A DNA stretch of 64,000 bases from a virus (taxonomy: Duplodnaviria; Caudoviricetes). The notes under the pieces are model-generated. The model did not search any database, was not told the origin of the DNA, and saw nothing but the letters and a program-made list of their open reading frames with translations. The stretch lies in the IMG/VR virus record IMGVR_UViG_3300032247_002042, positions 1 to 64,000 of that record. The stretch is one strand, 5' to 3'. Positions 14,908-25,299 of this stretch are shown here, piece after piece; position 1 is the first letter of the stretch, and every line of letters starts with the position of its first letter. Made by a program: the position numbers and the translations under genes.

Positions 14908-17900
14908 TGGTTGTTCAATTGCATAATCACAGTCATTACTCAATTCTTGACGGAAGATCAAGACTTGACGAATTGGTCTTGCGAGCCAAGGAACTGGGAC
15001 AATCGTCCCTTGCGCTGACGGATCATGGTGTGATGCATGGAGCCATCGAGTTCTATCGCACCGCCAAGGCACATGACGTGAAACCGATAGTTGGCGTCGA
15101 GGCATATGTAGCCAGAGCGTCGATGATGCGGAAAGATTCAGCCCTTGATCGAATGGGTAGTAGTTATCATCTGACATTGCTCGCCATGAATGATGTTGGA
15201 TACAAGAATCTGCTTAAATTGACGAGTAAGGCGCATGTTGAAGGTTTTTATTATCGCCCCCGTATTGATATGGACTGCCTTGGTAATTACTCCGAAGGAA
15301 TATTTGTTCTTTCTGGGTGTATGTCTGGGCAGGTTGCTACGCATGTTCTTGAAGATGATCGGGCGGCTGCCGAACGCGTAGCGCAATCATATCGCGACAT
15401 GTTCGGCGACCGGTATGCCATTGAAGTGCATAATCATGGGCACGAGAAACAAGAGCGATTGAATCGCGGATTGATGGAAATTGCTGACAAGTACGACATC
15501 CGTGTCGTTGCTGCATGTGATTCTCATTATGCCCGACCAGAAGATGCCCGCTCACACGATGCCCTCCTTGCGATACAGACAGGCTCCACGCTGTCTTCTC
15601 CGACCCGGTTCAAGGTTGAGCCGTTTGGAGCGTACTACCTGCAATCCGAAGCAGAAATGCTTCGTGGTTTTTCAGGCAGGGAAGATGCAGTCCGGAATAC
15701 GGAATGGGTTGCAGAGCGATGCAATCTCAATCTGGACTTCTCCAAGGTCATGCTGCCCGAATTTCCCATTCCATCCGGGCATACATCCGAGTCATGGCTT
15801 CGCAAGCAAGTCTATGAGGGACTCGCGTGGCGATACGGAAACATTTCCGACATTCATCGCACTCGTGCCGATTATGAGTTGTCCATCATCGAGAAGACAG
15901 GGTATGCCCGGTACTTCCTGATCGTGCAGGATTACGTCACGTACGCACGTCGCGAGGGCGTCATGGCTGTTCCTCGAGGATCGGTTGCAGGAAGCCTCTG
16001 CGTCTATGCGCTTGGCATCTGCGACATTGATCCGGTCAAGTATGACATCATGTTTGAGCGGTTCCTGAACGCGGAACGCAAGGGCATGCCTGACATTGAC
16101 ATGGATTTTGCGGACGACCGGCGCGAAGATGTGGTCAAGTATGTGACCGAGCGCTATGGGGTCACCAAGGTTGCCCATATTGGCACGTTCCAGACATTGG
16201 GTGCCCGTGCTGCCGTCAAGGATGTCGCTCGGGTCAAGGACATCGATTTCTCTGTCAGCAATGCCTTTACGGCGCTGTTTCCTGACACTCCCGGCATAAC
16301 CCTTGCCGATGTCGAGAACGACGAGCGTATTCGCAAAGCCATCGTGCTGAATGAGGAATTGTTTGATGTCTTGGAATTGGCAAAGCAGATCGAGGGACTG
16401 ACGCGAGGATTTGGAACGCACGCAGCAGGAATGCTGATTACGGAAACCGATCTAGACGATGTGGTGCCTGTTCAGTTGCCACCAGAAAAATCCGGGCGCA
16501 AATCCGGAACGTTTGTTACGCAATATGACAATAACAACACCACTGCAATCATAGAAAGTCTCGGTCTTTCCAAGTTTGACTTCCTTGGTCTTTCCAATTT
16601 GTCCATCATTCGTGATGCGTGTGCCCTGATCCGGCAGCGTACAGGTATCGACCTGTACGGATCAAGCGGCGAAAAATTGTATAGCGACCTGCCTCTTGAA
16701 TACAAAGACCCAAAGGCACGGCGGGCATATGACCTTCTGGCTTCGGGCGAGACCGAAGCAGTCTTTCAGGTTGAAAGTCCCGGCATGCGTCGCGTCTTGC
16801 GATTGATCCAGCCTAACCGGATTACTGATCTGCCCGCTATTGTGGCCCTGTATCGACCGGGACCGATGGAAAACATTCCCGTGTTTGCTGACGCCAAGCA
16901 TGGCCGTCGTCGCATTGCATATCTGCATGATGATTTGCGTCCGATCCTCGAGGAAACCTATGGGGTTGTCACCTATCAGGATCAAGTGCTGTTGATTGCA
17001 CGCAAGATTGCTGGATTTACATGGGGAGAAGTGGATGTATTGCGAAAAGGAATGGGCAAGAAGCAGGCAGAAGTCATAGATAAACTCAAGAAACAATTTG
17101 TTGAACAAAGTGTGACGCGCGGATATGAACGCGCCACCGTCGAGGACATCTGGGAGCAGATTGCTCCGTTTGCCGGATACGGTTTCAATCGCGCTCATGC
17201 CTTTTGTTATGGGTATATTTCATTCATTACTGCATTTCTGAAGGCAAACTATCCGGTTGAATACATGACAACCGTATTGACGCATGAATCTGGAAACAAG
17301 GAAAAGATTTCGCAATCCATTGCGGAGTGCCGACGCATGTTCATTCCTGTGTTGTCACCATCCGTGAACATCTCATCGGCAAATTTCTCGATAGCATCCA
17401 TTGATGGTCGCGATTCGATTGTCTTCGGGTTGTCTGCCATCGCTTCCATCGGGTCTCCCGCATGTCGTGCAGTCATTGCAGGCCGCGAAAAAGCAAGGTT
17501 TACCGATCTGACCGACTTTCTCGTTCGAACGGACCTTTCCATCCTGAATAAGCGCAGCATTGCCAACTTGGTGTATGCTGGCGCATTGGATGACATGGGA
17601 GATCGCGCTCAACTCATTTCCGATATTGATACCTCACTGGATTCATTGCGCGATTTTTCGCGATTGCGCCAGTCAGGGCAATTGGATTTATTTGGAAATC
17701 AGATGGAAATAGGCCATCAGTCGGCACGGACAGTGCCGCCCATGTCGCGCATGGAACGGCTGGAAAATGAATTCAAGGTGATTGGCGTGTACATATCAGA
17801 ACATCCTCTTGACGATATTCGTGACCAATTGAATTACTACTGTACGCATACCGCAGAGACATTGTCCGACTGCAATGGCATGGAAGCCATTGTCGGAGGC

Positions 17901-18356
17901 ATGATTACCCGCATCAAGAATCACATTCAGAAGAATGGCAAATCCATGGCGTTCGTGACTCTGAATGATTTCGAGGGGCCAATGGATGTGGTTGTATTTT
18001 CAAGGGTGCATGAAGTGATCGCTCCGCTTCTCAGGGAGGAGCAGCGCGTCCTTTTCAAGGGAAAGATACGGGTTGAAGAGGGTCGTGCGTCCTTCTTGGC
18101 TGACGACATGGTTGTCATCAATCCCGAAAACAACCCCGTGCCATCTCCGCACAGCCCGAAAGTGGCCGCGATGTGGGATTTGTCTTCCTCAAAGGTCAGT
18201 GCCCGCATTCTCAAGCTTTGGGAGACACATTTGCAATCAGTCGCCAGTGTGTCAAGTGACGCGTCAGTGTTGCGCTTGAAGACCGAAAAAGGAAGCATCG
18301 ACGTGCAATATCAATTGCATGAAGATATGTTGAGGAAACTGTTTCATGACGTATGA
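14907..18356 (+). CDS. dnaE: DNA polymerase III alpha subunit, 1149 aa
   Basis: PHP HNHSHYSILDG/TDHG/DSHY, RGSVAGS, PDIDMD, KFDFLGL, YGFNRAHA and a C-terminal OB fold. Confidence 0.97.
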   Translation: MVVQLHNHSHYSILDGRSRLDELVLRAKELGQSSLALTDHGVMHGAIEFYRTAKAHDVKPIVGVEAYVARASMMRKDSALDRMGSSYHLTLLAMNDVGYKNLLKLTSKAHVEGFYYRPRIDMDCLGNYSEGIFVLSGCMSGQVATHVLEDDRAAAERVAQSYRDMFGDRYAIEVHNHGHEKQERLNRGLMEIADKYDIRVVAACDSHYARPEDARSHDALLAIQTGSTLSSPTRFKVEPFGAYYLQSEAEMLRGFSGREDAVRNTEWVAERCNLNLDFSKVMLPEFPIPSGHTSESWLRKQVYEGLAWRYGNISDIHRTRADYELSIIEKTGYARYFLIVQDYVTYARREGVMAVPRGSVAGSLCVYALGICDIDPVKYDIMFERFLNAERKGMPDIDMDFADDRREDVVKYVTERYGVTKVAHIGTFQTLGARAAVKDVARVKDIDFSVSNAFTALFPDTPGITLADVENDERIRKAIVLNEELFDVLELAKQIEGLTRGFGTHAAGMLITETDLDDVVPVQLPPEKSGRKSGTFVTQYDNNNTTAIIESLGLSKFDFLGLSNLSIIRDACALIRQRTGIDLYGSSGEKLYSDLPLEYKDPKARRAYDLLASGETEAVFQVESPGMRRVLRLIQPNRITDLPAIVALYRPGPMENIPVFADAKHGRRRIAYLHDDLRPILEETYGVVTYQDQVLLIARKIAGFTWGEVDVLRKGMGKKQAEVIDKLKKQFVEQSVTRGYERATVEDIWEQIAPFAGYGFNRAHAFCYGYISFITAFLKANYPVEYMTTVLTHESGNKEKISQSIAECRRMFIPVLSPSVNISSANFSIASIDGRDSIVFGLSAIASIGSPACRAVIAGREKARFTDLTDFLVRTDLSILNKRSIANLVYAGALDDMGDRAQLISDIDTSLDSLRDFSRLRQSGQLDLFGNQMEIGHQSARTVPPMSRMERLENEFKVIGVYISEHPLDDIRDQLNYYCTHTAETLSDCNGMEAIVGGMITRIKNHIQKNGKSMAFVTLNDFEGPMDVVVFSRVHEVIAPLLREEQRVLFKGKIRVEEGRASFLADDMVVINPENNPVPSPHSPKVAAMWDLSSSKVSARILKLWETHLQSVASVSSDASVLRLKTEKGSIDVQYQLHEDMLRKLFHDV

Positions 18357-18531
18357 GCCATATGTATATGGGCAGGACAAGAGAGCGGACGCGAATGTCC
18401 GCTCATTGCACAAGAAACGATGCGCCCGCTGTGAAATTCACGAAATCAGGCGCAAGAAACGGTGCTATGGATGTCCTTCCAAGGGAATGAAATCCATCGT
18501 CCTGTACCGAAAATCACCCTTGGCCGAGTGA
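18346..18531 (+). CDS. Small basic CxxC...CxxC protein, 61 aa
   Basis: SD GAGG; CARC...CYGC; overlaps the dnaE end and the portal end. Confidence 0.45.
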   Translation: MTYEPYVYGQDKRADANVRSLHKKRCARCEIHEIRRKKRCYGCPSKGMKSIVLYRKSPLAE

Positions 18532-20421
18532 TGCCAGTATCTGCTGAATTTGTTCAGGAGACATTCCTCCCGATCCGGCCTGTGGTGCAGCTCCGCCCCC
18601 TTCCTGAGGAGGTCCGCCCGGACCCTGATCCTGCGGAGGCGCAGCACCGGGAGCCGCGCCCGGCGGTCCACCGGGAGCCGCGCCCGGCGGTCCACCGGGA
18701 GCCGCGCCCGGCGGTCCACCGGGAGCGCCGCCAGCTCCCTGCAGCATTTGCTGGACAGCAGCAGCCTCATCATTGCCCGGAGGTCCACCTTCTCCCGGAG
18801 CTCCGCCTCCTTGTTCCTGACCCGCAGGTCCGCCCTCTCCCCCTCCTTGTTCCTGACCCGGAGGTCCGCCTTGTCCGCCAGCGAAGTTGCCGCCTTCGTA
18901 CTGCTTTTGTGCGTCCTTCTGGGCCTTTTCCTGCTTTTTCATGTTGACCCATTGCAGCCAGATGCCGTCGGCAATGACATCTCCGCCCTCGATATCCTTG
19001 AGGGGAGGCAGGTTCCGTCGGGCACGAATTTCATTCTTTGTTGACCATGATGCTTCGATTTGCAGTGATTGCAAGACGGCCGCTTCGCTTTCCTCGTGCA
19101 ATCCGTCAAAGATCAGGATCAGGTCGTCGTAATGCGGATGAATGAGGGTGCGAGTCAGCCAATCTGCGTTGCTTTCAAGCAATGAATACAAACCCTCTTC
19201 ATTGATTGTCTTGGACACCTCTGACGTTGCTGTCCCGGATCCCATGATGAGTCCTGCTTGGCTTGATTCGGCAAGGTTGAGGCGAGATGGGTGCATGCCG
19301 AAGAACGAGCATTTCACTGATGCCATCAAACGGAAAAATTGCTCAAATTGCATGTCGTTTGGCGTGTTTGTCAGGTCAAGCACTTGTGCACGCATGTTCT
19401 CGGGACCGGGCAAGACAGGCATCTTGCTCTTGGGTGACGCCGGATTGCCCTGATTGAGGATTTGACGCTCAAAAGTGCTGAGACCTTCCGCGGAATAATC
19501 GCCTGACAGGACAAGCATTCTTGAGGGAAATCCGGGCCGAAACAGATCCTTGTTGAAATTGAACATGTTTAGCAACAACGATGTCGCTTGCAAGGATTGC
19601 TCCAGCAAGCTGATGCCAAACCCCCATCGATTCAATTCGCCGCTCGGGTTGGACCACTCGACATCAATCTCGTCTTCCTTCCACGCGCCTACAACTTGAC
19701 CGTCAACTTCCTGCACATATGCAGCATCCGTGATGTCAATGGTCACTCCGGCTTTCTGGCTGAACTCCTCGGTCAGGATCATTCGGGCAACGCGTTCATT
19801 GGAAATTCCGCGTTTTGCCATCCATGGCATCAAAACATACAGTACCGGCAATACCGTATCGCCGGGGAGCAAATAATACTCAATTGGACGACCTTTCTTG
19901 TCCCGGCTGATGACCATTGCCCTGCGATCAAGGATAAGTTCTTCCTGCACAGCTACGGACAGGAAATCCCGGAATGTTTTGTGGTATAGCTTTACCGGAC
20001 GTTCAACAAGTTTTTCCATTTCGCGACAGCGCTTTTGAATGTCATGGTCGCTGGAATCGAAATTCGGATCGTCAAAACGTTTGTGAACAACACGCCAGCC
20101 TTTCTGCTTGCCGGGAACAGTGATTTTTCTGGACAATCCCTTGATGTCTTCAATGCGTCTTGAGATAATGGCGCGATCAATAAGGCTTTCCTTGACCACT
20201 TGGCGCAACATCATGAACGGCGGAGTGTCAAGAGGTTTGCGCAACGTTCCTGATAACGTGCCAATATTCTGGACGCTTGGTCCGTAATTTGAAAACCATT
20301 GCCCGCGACGACGCTGCTCTTCCAGTGACGCTCGTTCAGTGTTTGATTTGCTCAGAAATTCTTCTGGCAGTAATTCTTTTGAACTTGGTTTGATAGCATT
20401 GCCGTACATATCTACAAGCAT
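18514..20421 (-). CDS. Portal protein with G/P/Q-rich C-terminal tail
   Basis: Follows terL; FGISLLE, NDMQFEQF..CSFFGMHPSRL, TKNEIRARRNLPP. Confidence 0.88.
   Translation of the reverse strand: MLVDMYGNAIKPSSKELLPEEFLSKSNTERASLEEQRRRGQWFSNYGPSVQNIGTLSGTLRKPLDTPPFMMLRQVVKESLIDRAIISRRIEDIKGLSRKITVPGKQKGWRVVHKRFDDPNFDSSDHDIQKRCREMEKLVERPVKLYHKTFRDFLSVAVQEELILDRRAMVISRDKKGRPIEYYLLPGDTVLPVLYVLMPWMAKRGISNERVARMILTEEFSQKAGVTIDITDAAYVQEVDGQVVGAWKEDEIDVEWSNPSGELNRWGFGISLLEQSLQATSLLLNMFNFNKDLFRPGFPSRMLVLSGDYSAEGLSTFERQILNQGNPASPKSKMPVLPGPENMRAQVLDLTNTPNDMQFEQFFRLMASVKCSFFGMHPSRLNLAESSQAGLIMGSGTATSEVSKTINEEGLYSLLESNADWLTRTLIHPHYDDLILIFDGLHEESEAAVLQSLQIEASWSTKNEIRARRNLPPLKDIEGGDVIADGIWLQWVNMKKQEKAQKDAQKQYEGGNFAGGQGGPPGQEQGGGEGGPAGQEQGGGAPGEGGPPGNDEAAAVQQMLQGAGGAPGGPPGAAPGGPPGAAPGGPPGAAPGAAPPQDQGPGGPPQEGGGAAPQAGSGGMSPEQIQQILASLGQG
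18645..18728 (-). repeat. 24-bp tandem repeat x3 in the portal tail (GGPPGAAP)
   Basis: caccgggagccgcgcccggcggtc repeated. Confidence 0.9.
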
Positions 20422-20473
20422 TGATTTTTTCCTTTTGTATCCAGTATATAGTTATTACTTGACTTGTTGATGT

Positions 20474-22156
20474 TTATACAACAATAATTTCATCAAAAAG
20501 ACGCTTGCCGCTGCGCGATGTTTCAATGGCCATTTCCAAGGCATCAAGAATGTCGTCGTATTGTGATCTTGGATAGGTCATCATTTGCTCGTACAGTGAC
20601 CAGAATTCGGGATGCACAATGGCCATTCGCAATTCATCGGAATGATATCCCTGCGAAGCGTCAGGCTCTGACGTGAGTTCATCTCGCTGAATTTCGGATT
20701 CCGTACATTTCCTAATGTATATTTTTGCCTGTTCGAACAGCGGAGCCATTCCTTCAATGCGAATTTGTTTTTTCTTTCGCGAAACATGGTGTATTTCTCT
20801 GATTGGCAATAACGATTTCCGCAATACCTGCTGTATGAGGACGTGCTGAAATCCATTTCCTTCAATACCGTTCATTTGTATTTTATAGGTTTGATTTTGC
20901 TGAATTACCCTGTTTACTTGATTGGCAACATCAAGGCGTTCTGAAACAACGTCAAATATGACAATATCATTATCTGGCGTTCTGCCGATCATGACCATTG
21001 CAAAGAAATCCGATTGATCGTCTTTGCCGACGCTCCAATCAACTCCGGTATAAAGCACCATCGGTTTGCCTCGGAAATACCATTTTCTGGAATCCTGCCG
21101 GTATCCCAAATCGCGAGCGTCATACCATTGCACCCATGAACTCCGGAACGTTCGGGTTGAATCATCCCGAGGATCATTCATGTACTCTTTTTGAAATGCA
21201 AGCACGTTCTTTGCTTTCAACGAAGACAATCGTTCCAATGAAAATCGCTCCGGCCATAACGGCACTTGCCGTTTGACCCCATCTTCGTCTTCCCGGGTAG
21301 TAATCGCCTGATACCTGCGGGTTACATACAAGTCCGGCCTGCCGAGCATCTGATTGAGCAGTGATCCATAATGGAGCACCGTTCCCACAAGGATGATCTG
21401 TCCTATCGGCGGAGGTTCGATCATTGGTTCCACCGCCGAATCCCACCATTGCGCAAGTTTCTCTCGCTGTACTGCCGTATCAACAAGCTCGTCATTCTCC
21501 AGATCATCGGCAATGACGAGATCGGGTCTGCGAAAACCGAACCGAAGCCCACGGAGCGGGTTATTCGCCATACGAGCAAGAATTTTTGCGCGATCTTCAA
21601 GTTCATTGCTCCAGCAATTATTGTATTTGTCCCACTTCTTGAACCCAATGACGAATTCTTCGTCCGTCCATTTTTCCTTTTCTCCCTTGGCGGCTCCGGC
21701 AAGGCTTTCCCATTCGCGCCCGAGAATGATGCCCCAATCATTGCACAGTCGTTCGTTTGTCTCGAACTCTTCCTTGATATTTCGGGTATGCCCAACGGAA
21801 ATTCTTGCAATATCAGAAATAATAACGGTAAAGAATTTGCGTTGGGTTACAAGCGACCAGATCACATAAAGAAATGTGATCAACGTTGATTTTGAGTGGT
21901 TTCTCGGGGCCGCCAATACAAGTGTGTTCAGATTGTTTTTTGTTGACCATTCTTCTTCATTTTTGTGAGTTGCCAGATCCATGATTTCCTTGTGAAAATC
22001 AGGAGATTTCTGAAACCAATATTTTGGAAAATAAATTCTTCCAAATTCAAATGGATCATCAATGGTTTTTTCAATTCTCCATTTGCGCAAACCATCCTCA
22101 ATGGCAACCGGCGCAGGAGCCTTTGAAACTGAATTCGGGTTTATCGTCGTAACCAT
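20474..22156 (-). CDS. terL: Terminase large subunit
   Basis: APRNHSKST (Walker A), LVIADDLE (Walker B), GVDWS and DDILDA nuclease motifs. Confidence 0.93.
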   Translation of the reverse strand: MVTTINPNSVSKAPAPVAIEDGLRKWRIEKTIDDPFEFGRIYFPKYWFQKSPDFHKEIMDLATHKNEEEWSTKNNLNTLVLAAPRNHSKSTLITFLYVIWSLVTQRKFFTVIISDIARISVGHTRNIKEEFETNERLCNDWGIILGREWESLAGAAKGEKEKWTDEEFVIGFKKWDKYNNCWSNELEDRAKILARMANNPLRGLRFGFRRPDLVIADDLENDELVDTAVQREKLAQWWDSAVEPMIEPPPIGQIILVGTVLHYGSLLNQMLGRPDLYVTRRYQAITTREDEDGVKRQVPLWPERFSLERLSSLKAKNVLAFQKEYMNDPRDDSTRTFRSSWVQWYDARDLGYRQDSRKWYFRGKPMVLYTGVDWSVGKDDQSDFFAMVMIGRTPDNDIVIFDVVSERLDVANQVNRVIQQNQTYKIQMNGIEGNGFQHVLIQQVLRKSLLPIREIHHVSRKKKQIRIEGMAPLFEQAKIYIRKCTESEIQRDELTSEPDASQGYHSDELRMAIVHPEFWSLYEQMMTYPRSQYDDILDALEMAIETSRSGKRLFDEIIVV

Positions 22157-23223
22157 TACCGTACAATAATTTCAGATGACGGGCCAGAATCGACAAGGCC
22201 AAGCCTATTTCTCAACTTTAATTGCCGTTGACTTTCCGGGTCCATCTTGAGGTCTTCATACAATCCTGCGCGTTCACATTCAATGTACAGCTCGCGAATT
22301 GTCAGAGCCAATCTTCGCGTATGATCGCTTTCGGTTTCTCCGACTTTCTTTTCCCAGACTGCAGCCAACTTTGCCTGCGGAGAATTGGACGGGTATGCCG
22401 CGCCGGAAAAATTATTGTTCTGAACTTGCACGCTGACACCACCGGGGGCACCTTCCACTGGTGCCAATCCGGTGACTGACGAAAGCATCCTGTCCATCAA
22501 TCCGCCAAGCTTGGCAATTGATTCGGGACTTGCGTCATCCCTGAGGTTTGAAACTGCTTTGACAAACCAATTCAATCCATCAATACCTGCCTGACGACGC
22601 TTGATTATTTGCCAGTCTCGTAATCGATCTTCTTCCAACGCAAGCCGTTCTTGAACTTTTTGTGCCTGCTCCGATCTGTATGATTCTCGCGCTTCTGGCC
22701 ATCTTCCTTTTCGGCCATTGAGGCGAACAAGAGAAAAACTAATATTGCACTCATTAGAAATGCGCTCATAAGTCCATCCTCCGTACACATACAATAATTT
22801 GACCAAATGCCAATCGATGTCGGGCTTTCCTTTTTCGTGCCCTTTGCGGACGGCCAATGCCAATTGCAAAGCTGCTTCCTCGGGAGACAATGGGTCTTCA
22901 CCCGGTGTGCCATCAGGCATGTCCGAGTAGATCAATCCTTCGCCTTCCAGCAAGGATTCGTTATCTTCCTCGGAGGATTCCGGAGGCTTGACGTTCATTT
23001 CGCCAAGAAGAGCGTCCATGGCCTTCTTGTCCACGTCGCTCTTGGAACGACGCTTGCTTTGCATGCGGTCGTCAACAGGAAGTGGCGGCAAGGAAATTTC
23101 GGGAATGGCAATCTTTTTCTTTGTTGCCGACAAATCCCGCATTGATTGTTCACGGAATTGTCGCCGAACAGATTCGGCAATGGTTTCCAATGGGTTCTTT
23201 TCAAAAATATCATCATTACTCAT
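22156..23223 (-). CDS. Probable terminase small subunit (HTH)
   Basis: Coupled to terL; W..VK..Y..G.WTYERISNECNIS...GRW HTH-like segment. Confidence 0.6.
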   Translation of the reverse strand: MSNDDIFEKNPLETIAESVRRQFREQSMRDLSATKKKIAIPEISLPPLPVDDRMQSKRRSKSDVDKKAMDALLGEMNVKPPESSEEDNESLLEGEGLIYSDMPDGTPGEDPLSPEEAALQLALAVRKGHEKGKPDIDWHLVKLLYVYGGWTYERISNECNISFSLVRLNGRKGRWPEARESYRSEQAQKVQERLALEEDRLRDWQIIKRRQAGIDGLNWFVKAVSNLRDDASPESIAKLGGLMDRMLSSVTGLAPVEGAPGGVSVQVQNNNFSGAAYPSNSPQAKLAAVWEKKVGETESDHTRRLALTIRELYIECERAGLYEDLKMDPESQRQLKLRNRLGLVDSGPSSEIIVR

Positions 23224-23237
23224 GATGATAGTATAAC

Positions 23238-23272
23238 AAAAAAGGCCAACCGCTAGACAGCGATTGGCCTTT
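23238..23272 (-). terminator. Intrinsic terminator abutting an extended -10 (TGTTATACT, 23230-23238)
   Basis: AAAGGCCAATCGCT-gtct-AGCGGTTGGCCTTTTTT on the - strand. Confidence 0.8.
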
Positions 23273-23274
23273 GA

Positions 23275-23547
23275 TTACTTCTTGAAGATAAGTGGACTAT
23301 TGACGCTGGTCCAACCCGGCATGCCTGTTGCCCACGCCTGCGCCGCCCGCACTTCGGCTGACGTGGCAATGACTTCGCTCTCATTCCACTCGGGGTCAAT
23401 CAATGGGTGAAGGCAATCCGGAATTGTTTCCGCATTGATGCGGAACATTCGTTGCGCTGCCTCCCACCATTCTCTTGTGTTTTCATTTTTATCTGGAATG
23501 ATTGTCCAGAATGCACTATTGCGAATGGGTTTTTCCGTATCTTTCAT
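23275..23547 (-). CDS. Hypothetical protein, 90 aa
   Basis: ORF in a coupled operon. Confidence 0.7.
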   Translation of the reverse strand: MKDTEKPIRNSAFWTIIPDKNENTREWWEAAQRMFRINAETIPDCLHPLIDPEWNESEVIATSAEVRAAQAWATGMPGWTSVNSPLIFKK

Positions 23548-23720
23548 GTATATACGTCCATCTCATCGACAGGGAGGAATAGCGTGTCTCTTTTGCAAAT
23601 CTTGCATCTTCGATACACTTCTGTTTTTCCATTTGATGGCTTGTGATCAATCGAATCTCTTTCACAATCTACACAATAATAACGATGCTTTTTTTCCTTA
23701 TATTTAGACTTGTTTGCCAT
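23544..23720 (-). CDS. Zinc-ribbon protein, 58 aa (not in the ORF track)
   Basis: MANKSKYKEKKHRYYCVDCERDSIDHKPSNGKTEVYRRCKICKRDTLFLPVDEMDVYT; TGATG and ATGA overlaps at the two ends. Confidence 0.75.
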   Translation of the reverse strand: MANKSKYKEKKHRYYCVDCERDSIDHKPSNGKTEVYRRCKICKRDTLFLPVDEMDVYT

Positions 23721-24058
23721 CAGAGTACTGTAAGTTCCTCCTTTTCAATTTGTTGCTTCAAAAGAGATACAAAATCAATTCCTAAAGCTCCTGTCAATTG
23801 TAACAGTTTTAATCCTGCAAGTGAAATGTGATCATTTAGTACTTTTGAATTGTTTTGGGAACCCGATTGCGTTTTGTTATATGACGGATCCATTCCGGAT
23901 TGCCAAAGCAATTCGGCGACCTCGGCCAAATGTTTTTGAACACTGAGAATATCTCGCTGCATGCAAGCAATGCCCGTCGGTCCCCTGCGCTCAGGATACT
24001 GCTTGCGTCGCTGGGCTTCGTCAAATGCGCGAATGCTAAGGTTGGCCACTAGAGTCAT
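23720..24058 (-). CDS. Hypothetical helical protein, possibly a degenerate MazG-like fold
   Basis: KHLAEVAELL...LLQLTGALGIDF pattern; start uncertain. Confidence 0.5.
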   Translation of the reverse strand: MTLVANLSIRAFDEAQRRKQYPERRGPTGIACMQRDILSVQKHLAEVAELLWQSGMDPSYNKTQSGSQNNSKVLNDHISLAGLKLLQLTGALGIDFVSLLKQQIEKEELTVL

Positions 24059-24479
24059 CCGTATGTTCGTATTGGCTGATCCAAACAGGATTCTTGTATA
24101 CCTCCACAAAAGCAACCATGGCCATGTTGGCGACATGCTCAGCTTCGTCCCTGCTAATCATTCGTGACGGCCCAAAAGCCGCAACGGGAACAACCACTGA
24201 TGTCCTCTTGTCGGGCTGAATTTCTTCCCGCTCCTGCCAGATTACGAAATCAACGCCGCCGCCGTTTTCCAGTGCACGCTTGATTGCACACACCGTATAC
24301 CGAATCAACGTGTCCTCAATGGCAACCGTGTCTGCGATCTTTGGTACAAGCACATTCGTCGTGCGACGAAACAGCCAGTAATCACCCGGATCGGCCCATA
24401 TTATGGGCCGATCCTTCATGACCGGATGGACCGGCATGCCTTCCATCATGTTCTTGATAGAGATCACTGGCGTTTCCAT
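24036..24479 (-). CDS. Hypothetical protein, 147 aa
   Basis: ORF in operon. Confidence 0.7.
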   Translation of the reverse strand: METPVISIKNMMEGMPVHPVMKDRPIIWADPGDYWLFRRTTNVLVPKIADTVAIEDTLIRYTVCAIKRALENGGGVDFVIWQEREEIQPDKRTSVVVPVAAFGPSRMISRDEAEHVANMAMVAFVEVYKNPVWISQYEHTDDSSGQP

Positions 24480-24483
24480 GTCA

Positions 24484-24849
24484 TTAAACCTTTTCGGGGC
24501 GACGCGAAAGAAAGGCGTTCAACGCCTTCATGGCTTCCGTCACCTGATTGCTTGGAAGACTTCCCGATATCGGCAATACCGGTATCGAATAATAGGCAGA
24601 AATAAGAACTCCAAGGTATCGTTCAGCATAAATAGTATCAGAAAAATTGGGCATGTATTCCATCAATTTTTCATACGACTTATTGGAAATGCTTACGTTA
24701 ATTGGCTGATACCGAAAATGATAGGGAACCATCCTGACGGTCCGAATGAAGCCTGATTTTATCGTTTCCTCAAGCATCGATTCGACATCGAGAGACTGCC
24801 CCGCCAAACGTCGAGCTGTTCCAAGCGGTAAGCGTACCGAAAGATTCAT
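24484..24849 (-). CDS. Hypothetical protein, 121 aa
   Basis: ORF in operon with SD. Confidence 0.7.
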   Translation of the reverse strand: MNLSVRLPLGTARRLAGQSLDVESMLEETIKSGFIRTVRMVPYHFRYQPINVSISNKSYEKLMEYMPNFSDTIYAERYLGVLISAYYSIPVLPISGSLPSNQVTEAMKALNAFLSRRPEKV

Positions 24850-24851
24850 GA

Positions 24852-25295
24852 CTACTTTCCTGCAGGTTCGTTATTGACAATGTTGTCAGCAAGGGAAAGG
24901 ATGTTCTGTTGCGACTGGGACAGGGCAATGCGATGCCGCTGGCGAATGTCGTTCACAACATCAATCAATTCGGCCAGCACGGCAACAGGCTCTTGGCTCT
25001 GAATGGCGTCCAAAGCGCGACGTGCACGCTGGCTCTGAAGCCAGCGGTTCAATTTTTCTTGCTGAATGAATTTGGTGTTCCGGGCATGAGTGGCCTTGTG
25101 ACGCCAACGGCCATACTCTTCCTCGCTCCAATTCATCTTCTTCTGTCGCTCGAAGTCATTCAGTTGCTGACGAATCTTGTGCAAATCCTGACGAAGTTCG
25201 AACAATCGATCCTGACACTCGGCAATTGTTTGTGGTTCACGAAATTCTTCGGTGAATATCTGTGACAACTGCTGATGCTGCTGCTGCTGATTCAT
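24852..25295 (-). CDS. Coiled-coil hypothetical protein
   Basis: SD GAGG before MNQQQQ. Confidence 0.7.
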   Translation of the reverse strand: MNQQQQHQQLSQIFTEEFREPQTIAECQDRLFELRQDLHKIRQQLNDFERQKKMNWSEEEYGRWRHKATHARNTKFIQQEKLNRWLQSQRARRALDAIQSQEPVAVLAELIDVVNDIRQRHRIALSQSQQNILSLADNIVNNEPAGK

Positions 25296-25299
25296 TGGA

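Noticed and set aside
23544-23720. Calling the zinc ribbon a phage-encoded ribosomal protein L33
   Set aside because: Similarity is limited to Cys spacing and a few residues, so it is kept only as a hypothesis
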